A DNA stretch of 64,000 bases. Origin: an uncultured Bacteroidales bacterium (GTDB lineage Bacteria > Bacteroidota > Bacteroidia > Bacteroidales > UBA932). Below are positions 57,257-64,000 of the stretch, piece by piece. The DNA lies in NCBI GenBank assembly GCA_944325465.1, contig CALVAE010000017.1, positions 541-64,540 on the forward strand. The letters run 5' to 3'. Each line of letters begins with the position of its first letter. Position 1 is the first letter of the stretch. Position numbers and translations under genes: made by a program. Under the pieces are notes generated by a model that had not been told where the DNA came from, made no database searches, and saw only the letters and a program-made list of their open reading frames with translations.

Positions 57257-57317
57257 ACAGTTATTGTTTTTAATGTTATCCTTCGGGTGTCCGGACCGGA
57301 GTCCGGAATCATCAGTG

Positions 57318-57398
57318 CAAAGTTATCCGTATGGAGGTTCTGCTGTTACAACAAATCGGACAAGTGCTGAATCAAATCGGACATTATTACTAACTTTG
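57318..57398. promoter_or_regulatory. Divergent susC/HTCS promoters with tandem HTCS operator
   Basis: TAACTTTG (minus, 57318-57325; plus, 57391-57398); caaatcggaca twice, at 57352 and 57373 (21-bp period). Confidence 0.72.
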
Positions 57399-57403
57399 GG
57401 CGA

Positions 57404-60400
57404 ATGAATGCTTATGCCATGCGTTACCCGTTACGTTATGTTCCGATTGCATGTATTGTCCTGATTCTCTTCCTGCCGGTCAGGCTTGCGGCGGATATCC
57501 CTTCTGCCGGTCCTTTCGGCTTTCATTGCCCGGAAGGCCTGAAGGAATGCCGGTATCCTGTCTACACCGCAGTGCAGGACAGCAGCAGGTTCATCTGGAT
57601 TGGTTCGGAGCACGGATTGCTGAGATATGACGGCTATGACATACTCTCATACCGCTTCAGCCCGGAAGACAGCCGTTCCATCTGCAACAACCACGTGAGT
57701 TCCCTGGTGTACTGCCACGATTACGGGAAAATGGTTGTCGGAACGGATGCTGGTGTGTCTCTCTATGATTTCGCGACAGACAGTTTTTCCAGACTGGAAG
57801 CCTGCGGCTATAGACAGGTCAAGACATTGCTCAGAGACGGGGACAGACTGTGGATAGGGACCTCGGAAGGGTTGGAATGTTTTGACATTTCGGCCGGCCT
57901 GGATCCCGCGATGAAGCCTGACAGCACCCTCAATGCTCCGGCAGACTATATAGCCTGTGCCAGGAAAATAGGTGACGGGCTCTTCTTCGGGACGTATGAC
58001 GGTTACTACCGCTATGGCAGGGAAACAGGCTTTGTCCGGTTCGGACTCGGGACGGTCAGGAAACTGGTCCTGGATATATCTCCGGTACGGTCCGGGAGTT
58101 CCGCTCTGTGGCTCGGTACCGAGAACGGCCTTGTCCGGTACGTCCCTGACAGAGGAGTTTCCGCGACCTTTCTTGAAAATATCCCGATCAAGAATTTCTT
58201 CCGCGCCGGAGACGGCCGGTTGTGGATGGGTACGGACAGCGGCCTGTTCATAATGGAAGGTGACCGTACGGTCCGTTTCCGGCACGAGGCCCAGAACAGC
58301 AGTTCCCTTCCGGACAATGTGGTCTGGAATATAATCAGGGACAGCGAAAACGATATCTTTATCTGTACCGATTACGGGATAGTCCTCCCGAGGCTGTCTC
58401 CTGACAGGACATTCATCCCGGTGTCTTCCATTACGGGCAGCAGGGACGGACTGAATGTCGGGGTGATGTCATACGACCAGGCGGGCAGACTGTGGCTCGG
58501 AGGCATGAACGGTCTTGTGATGCAAAGCGGAGACGGTCAGGGAGGGAAATGGTTCAGGTCCGATACAGGTGCAGTCGGCTCAAGAATCTCGCATAATAAG
58601 ATAAGGGATCTGCATGATGACGGTGACGGTCTGTTCGCTGTCTCTGACGGAGGCCTCGACCGGATAGACTGCAGGACGGGAAAGGTCCGTCATTTCAATA
58701 TAGCCGCCCGTTCCGGGGAACATCTTTCCACATGGATGTACAGTGTGGCTGAAGATTCGAGGGGAAGGCTCTGGCTCGGCACTTACGACGGGCTTCTGAT
58801 GATCGGCAGGAAGGACAGACTGTTAGCCGGCGGACAGGAAACGTATGTGGCGGACAGACAGTACAATCTGTCTACGGATCCTGGAATTTCCGGCAATGCG
58901 GTGATGGATGTTGCCTTTGCGGAGGGATTCGGAGCCGTCATATCCAACGGAGCCGTGGATTTCATCGATACAGGTACGGACATGACATCCTATGTGGACC
59001 TGCCTTCGGACCTGTATGCGATAGCGCTGGAGTCCGATGGCAGGAATATATGGATAGGTACCAGCCGGGGACTCTTCCGCCTTGGTCCGGACGGCAGGGC
59101 TGTCAGGATGGAGGGGTTCAGCCTTCCTGCGGAATCGGTCACTGTGAACGGTGACGATATTTTTGCCGTAAGCGGAAGCAGTGTCTACATATACAATGTC
59201 ACGGACGGGAACTGGACTTCCTGTTCTTTCGGAGACATCCCTTTGTTCTGCGGCATTGCCGGAAAGGACAGGACCCTGCTTCTCGGAACGGCTGACGGAT
59301 ATTTCATTTTTGACAGGAAGAAGATCCGTGAACGTCCCAGGAACCGGAAAGTGTCGGTAACGTCACTGTTCCTGGACAATGTGAGGATCCGGCCCGGTCA
59401 GGAATATGACGGGAAAGTGATTCTCAAGGAAAATCCGGACCGGACGATGGAGATAGATCTGAAATACAGCCAGAATTCCTTCACCCTCGAATATTCCACA
59501 TTTGACTTTTCAGGTTCGGACAGCAGGTTTGTCTATCGTCTTTCCGGTCTGGATGACGGTTGGCAACTGACCGAGGAGAACAGGGCTGTGTTCATCAATG
59601 TCCCAGGTGGCAGGTATGTATTCGAGGTGGCGCCTGCATCGGCGGATGGCTTTCCGGCTTCGGAAGCGGTCTCCCTGCCTGTCCGTATCAGGCCGGTATG
59701 GTATGCGTCTCCTCTTGCCTTCCTGATCTATCTGCTGGTCATGTCCGGGCTGTGCGTTTCCGTAATCTATTATATCAGGATGCGCCACCAACTCCAGATA
59801 GAACATCTGGAGAGGGACCGGGCCTTGAAAATGGCGGATATGAAGACAGAATTCCTTGCCAATGTCTCCCATGAATTCAAGAGCCCGCTGAGCATCATAA
59901 TCGGATTCGTAGGCAGGATGCTGTCTTCGGAATCCGATGCCCTCCGTTCCCGTGAACTCGGTACCATACAGCAGAATGCGGAGAAGATACACCTTCTCCT
60001 GGACCAGATGGTGCAGTTCAACGAAAACGGCGGCACATCCCTGTTCATTCCCGCGCCTGCATCCATCCAGGATCTGGCCAGGTCTGTCTATGACCGTTAT
60101 GCAGACGCCTTTGCCGGCAAGGATATCAGTTCACGCTTCGTCGCTGATGATATAGGATATGTATTTATGGTGGACAGGGTCAAGATGGAGTCTGTTTTCC
60201 AGAATCTGTTGTCCAACGCCTTGAAATTCACTCCGCCGGGAGGGAGTGTGCTGATGAGTGTCACTGTCGGGGAGGAGACCGGGGATATGGTCTATGCTGA
60301 TATCAAGGTCGAGGATACGGGATGCGGGATACCTTCCGATGAACTGCCTCTGATATTCAACCGCTATTACAAGGCTTCTTCGGGGCAGAAAGACAATCAT

Positions 60401-61381
60401 GACGGGTCCGGGATAGGCCTTGCCCTTGTCAAGGAAATAGTCGGAATGCACAAGGGAAAGGTATGGGCCGTTTCGGAGCCGGGAAAGGGGACTGCGTTCA
60501 CGGTGCGGCTCTCGACAATGAAGGCGGATTCCTTCATCCTCAAGTCCGCGGGCAAGGAGGAATATTCCCTGCACAATCTTTCCAATGTGTGGCAGCACGA
60601 CCGCAAGCCTATCATCCTTCTTGTCGAGGATAATGCGGATATCCGCGATTTCATAGCGGCATCGCTGGGAAAGGACTATGTCTTCCTGCTTGCAGATGAG
60701 GGCCATGCGGCTCTGGACCTTCTTTCAAGGGAGAAGATAGACCTTGTGATTACCGACATAGCCATGCCGGGTATGGACGGTCTGACCATGAGCAGGACAA
60801 TACGCGGTTCTCTTGAAACGGCCTTCCTCCCGATAATAATACTCACGGGCAGGAATGACGAACAGACGGAGATCCGGTCTTTTGAATATGCGGATGCGTT
60901 CATTTCCAAGCCGTTCAGCCTTAATTACCTGAATAACCGCATCATACAACTCCTGATCAAGCATGAGCAGTATCTGGCGCGGATCAGGCAGCAGAAAATG
61001 CTTGAACCGGAAGCCGTTGAAAATGAAAGGTCTTTTGACGAGAAACTTCTCCAGGATGTGGTGGAGATAGTTTCCCGTCATCTTGAAGATCCCGGTTTCA
61101 CGGCGTCTGCCCTATGTGAGGAGAGCCGGTACAGCAGCAAGCAGGTCTACCGCAAGATAAAGCAACTCACCGGAATGAGTATCGTGGAGTTTATCAGGGA
61201 CACCAGGCTCCGTAAGGCTTCCCTCTATCTTGCACAGGGAAAACTGTCCGTCACGGAAGTGATGTACAAGGTCGGCTTCACGACGGCCTCGTATTTTGCC
61301 AAATGTTTCAAGGAGAAATACGGTGTCTCTCCGTCTGAGTACAGTTCCCGCAACGGCAGGCCCGATGCTGTGTCCGGATAG
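57404..61381 (+). CDS. Hybrid two-component sensor kinase/response regulator (HTCS, AraC output)
   Basis: Reg_prop beta-propellers, Y_Y_Y domain, TM helix, NVSHEFKSPL, NLLSNALKFT, GSGIGL, receiver LLVEDN..TDIAMPGMDG, AraC HTH. Confidence 0.96.
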   Translation: MNAYAMRYPLRYVPIACIVLILFLPVRLAADIPSAGPFGFHCPEGLKECRYPVYTAVQDSSRFIWIGSEHGLLRYDGYDILSYRFSPEDSRSICNNHVSSLVYCHDYGKMVVGTDAGVSLYDFATDSFSRLEACGYRQVKTLLRDGDRLWIGTSEGLECFDISAGLDPAMKPDSTLNAPADYIACARKIGDGLFFGTYDGYYRYGRETGFVRFGLGTVRKLVLDISPVRSGSSALWLGTENGLVRYVPDRGVSATFLENIPIKNFFRAGDGRLWMGTDSGLFIMEGDRTVRFRHEAQNSSSLPDNVVWNIIRDSENDIFICTDYGIVLPRLSPDRTFIPVSSITGSRDGLNVGVMSYDQAGRLWLGGMNGLVMQSGDGQGGKWFRSDTGAVGSRISHNKIRDLHDDGDGLFAVSDGGLDRIDCRTGKVRHFNIAARSGEHLSTWMYSVAEDSRGRLWLGTYDGLLMIGRKDRLLAGGQETYVADRQYNLSTDPGISGNAVMDVAFAEGFGAVISNGAVDFIDTGTDMTSYVDLPSDLYAIALESDGRNIWIGTSRGLFRLGPDGRAVRMEGFSLPAESVTVNGDDIFAVSGSSVYIYNVTDGNWTSCSFGDIPLFCGIAGKDRTLLLGTADGYFIFDRKKIRERPRNRKVSVTSLFLDNVRIRPGQEYDGKVILKENPDRTMEIDLKYSQNSFTLEYSTFDFSGSDSRFVYRLSGLDDGWQLTEENRAVFINVPGGRYVFEVAPASADGFPASEAVSLPVRIRPVWYASPLAFLIYLLVMSGLCVSVIYYIRMRHQLQIEHLERDRALKMADMKTEFLANVSHEFKSPLSIIIGFVGRMLSSESDALRSRELGTIQQNAEKIHLLLDQMVQFNENGGTSLFIPAPASIQDLARSVYDRYADAFAGKDISSRFVADDIGYVFMVDRVKMESVFQNLLSNALKFTPPGGSVLMSVTVGEETGDMVYADIKVEDTGCGIPSDELPLIFNRYYKASSGQKDNHDGSGIGLALVKEIVGMHKGKVWAVSEPGKGTAFTVRLSTMKADSFILKSAGKEEYSLHNLSNVWQHDRKPIILLVEDNADIRDFIAASLGKDYVFLLADEGHAALDLLSREKIDLVITDIAMPGMDGLTMSRTIRGSLETAFLPIIILTGRNDEQTEIRSFEYADAFISKPFSLNYLNNRIIQLLIKHEQYLARIRQQKMLEPEAVENERSFDEKLLQDVVEIVSRHLEDPGFTASALCEESRYSSKQVYRKIKQLTGMSIVEFIRDTRLRKASLYLAQGKLSVTEVMYKVGFTTASYFAKCFKEKYGVSPSEYSSRNGRPDAVSG

Positions 61382-61385
61382 GGCC

Positions 61386-63734
61386 TTATCCGAGTTTCCT
61401 GCGGCGCAGGCGTAGACTGTTCGATACCACGCTGACGCTGCTGAATGCCATTGCCGCGCCTCCGATCATTGGATTCAGGAGGAATCCGTTGACCGGATAC
61501 AGGGCACCTGCTGCGATAGGAACGGCGATGATGTTGTAGATGAACGCCCAGAACAGGTTCTCCCTGATTGTCCTGATTGTCAGTTGCGACAGCTTGATTG
61601 CCTGAGGTATCTTCTGCAGGTCGGAAGACAGGATTGTTATCATGGCCGTGTCCCTGGCGATGTCGCTTCCCTTGCCCATGGCTATGCTCAGGTCCGCCAA
61701 GGCCAGAGCCGCGCTGTCGTTGATCCCGTCTCCTACCATCCCGACCGTATGTCCTTCCGATTGCAGTTGCCTGATGAATTCCGCCTTGTCGAAAGGAAGC
61801 ATCCCGGCCTTGAAATGCGATATTCCGGCCTGTCTGGCTACGGCTGCAGCGGATTCGCTGTTATCCCCGGTCAGCATCCACGTTTCAATTCCCATATCGT
61901 GCAGTCTGGCTATCGCCTCGGCGGAAGTCTCCTTTATGTTGTCTGTTATGGCGATTGCAGCGATTGCCGACTCTTCGTCAGCAAACCAGATTACGGTCTT
62001 TGCCTCTTCCAGCCAGCCTGCAGCCTGGGCTTCCAGATTGTTGTCGATTTCCACCCCGTTTTCCTTCAGCAAGGCTAATGTTCCGGCAAAGTAGGTCTTT
62101 CCTGCATTGTGGAATCCCTCTGCCACGTTGCCCTTGATTCCCTTGCCTGGAATGCTTTCAAAACCTGTGATTCCGACCTTTCCTGCCTTGTCCTGTCCGG
62201 CAGAGTCTTTCCCGTCGTTTGCGAGTGCTGTGACAACGGCCTCGGCGAGAGGGTGTTCGGAAAGTTTTTCCATACTGTAGAGAATGTCGCGCAGGTCTTC
62301 CGAGTATGTTTTCCAGCATTGGTCCGTGACTGCAGGCTGCCCTTCCGTGACGGTTCCGGTCTTGTCCAGCACGATTACGTCCACTTTCCTTGCGGTTTCC
62401 AGACTGGCAGCATCCTTTATCAGGATACCGTATTCCGCCCCCTTGCCGATACCTACGGTGATTGCAGTCGGAGTGGCAAGCCCCAGAGCGCATGGGCAGG
62501 CGATGATTAGGACGGTCACCATGGACAGGAGCCCGTGGATGAATCCGGCTTCAGGAGCGAATATCCACCAGCAGGCGAATACTGTCAATGAAATGCAGAT
62601 TATCACAGGCACGAATATCCCGGCTACCTTGTCCACAAGGTTCTGTACCGGAGCCTTGCTGCCCTGTGCGTCCCGGACCATCCTGATGATTCTGGAGAGG
62701 ACAGTGTCTTTCCCGGTTTTCCTTGCGATGAATGTGAATGCACCTTTCTGGTTGATTGTCCCGGCATAGACTTCGTCTCCCTGTGATTTGAGAGACGGCA
62801 GCGGTTCTCCGGTCAGCATACTCTCGTCCACGTATGACTGCCCTTCGGACACTGTGCCGTCAAGTGCGATCCTTTCTCCCGGCCGTACTGCTATGATGTC
62901 TCCCGGCACTGCCTGTTCTATCGGTATCGTCATTTCAGTCAGCCCTTCCCTTCCTGTCTCCCTGTCGGTGCTGCACCGGGTAGTGCCGTCCATGTCACCG
63001 GCATCAGTCAGATTGTCGCACGCTCCTCCGGACTTCCGTAGTACGGTCACGGTCTTGGGTTGCAGTCCGGCAAGTTTGCGGATTGCATCTGTCGTCTTCC
63101 TTTTCGCCCTTTCTTCGAGCAGCCTTCCCAGCAGGATGAATGCGATGATGACACTCGAAGCCTCGAAATACAGATGCGGTTCTATTCCCCTGGAAGTCCA
63201 GAATTCGGGGAACAGGAGGTTGAACAGGCTGAACAGGTAGGCAATGCCGGTGCTGGTCGCCACAAGGGTGTCCATATTGGCGGTCCCGTGCCTCAATTGT
63301 TTCCACGCATTGACGTAGAATCTCCGCCCGAAGATGAACACTGCGGCGGTTGCCAGTAACCATACGGTATAGCCGGCCCATCGTTCTCCCATGAAGGCCA
63401 TGCTCAATACCGCCACCGGTATTGCCAGAATTGCGGCTCCGATGGTCTGCCGTTTCAACGATGCGTACTGTTTCGCCCTTTCTTCCTCGGCATCCTTTTC
63501 CGCTTCTGCCTCATCTTCTATGATAAGGTCATATCCTCCGGCCTGTACGGCGGCCTTCATGGCCTCCGGAGTGCATTCGGCAGAATCAAAAATTACCTGG
63601 GCATCTGAAGAAGCGAAGTTCACGTTGGCCTCCTTCACTCCAGGAAGCCCGTTAAGTATCTTGCCTACCCTTGCCGCGCATGCTGCGCAGCCGAGTCCCG
63701 TCACCGGGAAATTCCTTCTTTTTTCCATAGTCAT
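61386..63734 (-). CDS. copA: Copper-translocating P1B-type ATPase
   Basis: GLGCAAC HMA domain, [37 protein letters not shown]; TACCTTTG promoter element at 63748-63755 (minus strand). Confidence 0.93.
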   Translation of the reverse strand: MTMEKRRNFPVTGLGCAACAARVGKILNGLPGVKEANVNFASSDAQVIFDSAECTPEAMKAAVQAGGYDLIIEDEAEAEKDAEEERAKQYASLKRQTIGAAILAIPVAVLSMAFMGERWAGYTVWLLATAAVFIFGRRFYVNAWKQLRHGTANMDTLVATSTGIAYLFSLFNLLFPEFWTSRGIEPHLYFEASSVIIAFILLGRLLEERAKRKTTDAIRKLAGLQPKTVTVLRKSGGACDNLTDAGDMDGTTRCSTDRETGREGLTEMTIPIEQAVPGDIIAVRPGERIALDGTVSEGQSYVDESMLTGEPLPSLKSQGDEVYAGTINQKGAFTFIARKTGKDTVLSRIIRMVRDAQGSKAPVQNLVDKVAGIFVPVIICISLTVFACWWIFAPEAGFIHGLLSMVTVLIIACPCALGLATPTAITVGIGKGAEYGILIKDAASLETARKVDVIVLDKTGTVTEGQPAVTDQCWKTYSEDLRDILYSMEKLSEHPLAEAVVTALANDGKDSAGQDKAGKVGITGFESIPGKGIKGNVAEGFHNAGKTYFAGTLALLKENGVEIDNNLEAQAAGWLEEAKTVIWFADEESAIAAIAITDNIKETSAEAIARLHDMGIETWMLTGDNSESAAAVARQAGISHFKAGMLPFDKAEFIRQLQSEGHTVGMVGDGINDSAALALADLSIAMGKGSDIARDTAMITILSSDLQKIPQAIKLSQLTIRTIRENLFWAFIYNIIAVPIAAGALYPVNGFLLNPMIGGAAMAFSSVSVVSNSLRLRRRKLG

Positions 63735-63835
63735 TGTCTGTTTCCGGCAAAGGTATGGATAAAACGGTGTGCGGAGTTACATTATTATGGATTTGATTTA
63801 TATGCGCGGCCGTCCTGTATATGCGTAACTGCCGG

Positions 63836-64000
63836 CTATATACTGTCTATCGGAATCAGTTTCTTTCCTTTGAGTTGTCTGAAAGCGGACGGAGACATTC
63901 CTGTGACGGACTTGAACTGCGAACTCAGGTGGGCCGGGCTGGAATAATGCAGCAGGGCGGCGATTTCACCGATGCTCAATTCTCCGTAGAAAAGAAGTTC
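63836..64000 (-). CDS. AraC-family transcriptional regulator, C-terminal part (partial)
   Basis: Manual translation ELLFYGELSIGEIAALLHYSSPAHLSSQFKSVTGMSPSAFRQLK matches the second AraC HTH. Confidence 0.88.
   Translation of the reverse strand, partial: ELLFYGELSIGEIAALLHYSSPAHLSSQFKSVTGMSPSAFRQLKGKKLIPIDSI

Overview
This is a chromosomal window from a Bacteroidales bacterium, as shown by SusC/SusD pairs, a hybrid two-component system (HTCS) and many TAnnTTTG promoters. An Alistipes/RC9 (Cryptobacteroides)-like gut lineage is my inference. Contents in order: (1) a BACON surface lipoprotein divergent from a CAZyme-free SusC-SusD-DUF1735-metallophosphoesterase locus, then bcp. (2) A small accessory island (~10.0-14.1 kb) downstream of tRNA-Gln/tRNA-Met. 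It holds a VapD toxin relic that the ORF track missed, an orphan ORF, a probably leaderless pair of tiny membrane proteins, and an IS256-variant element (22-bp IRs, 8-bp target duplication) decapitated by a nested ISL3/ISAon1 element. (3) Housekeeping genes: ispF, mutL, rhomboid, EEP, tsaC, DUF3737. (4) A minimal aryl-polyene/flexirubin-like type II fatty-acid/polyketide cluster with a structured, direct-repeat-flanked insert before fabG. (5) feoAB, an AAA-PD-(D/E)XK protein and an NhaC-family transporter. (6) A porin-imelysin-di-heme DUF1111-CcsBA operon, a candidate redox iron-uptake system with its own cytochrome c maturation gene. (7) A NagX-like acyltransferase and queH. (8) A beta-1,4-galactan PUL (GH2, GH53, SGBP, SusD, SusC, HTCS) with a visible tandem operator. 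(9) copA and a partial AraC regulator. A REP-like repeat family occurs at three sites. All calls come from motif recognition by eye; no database searches were run.
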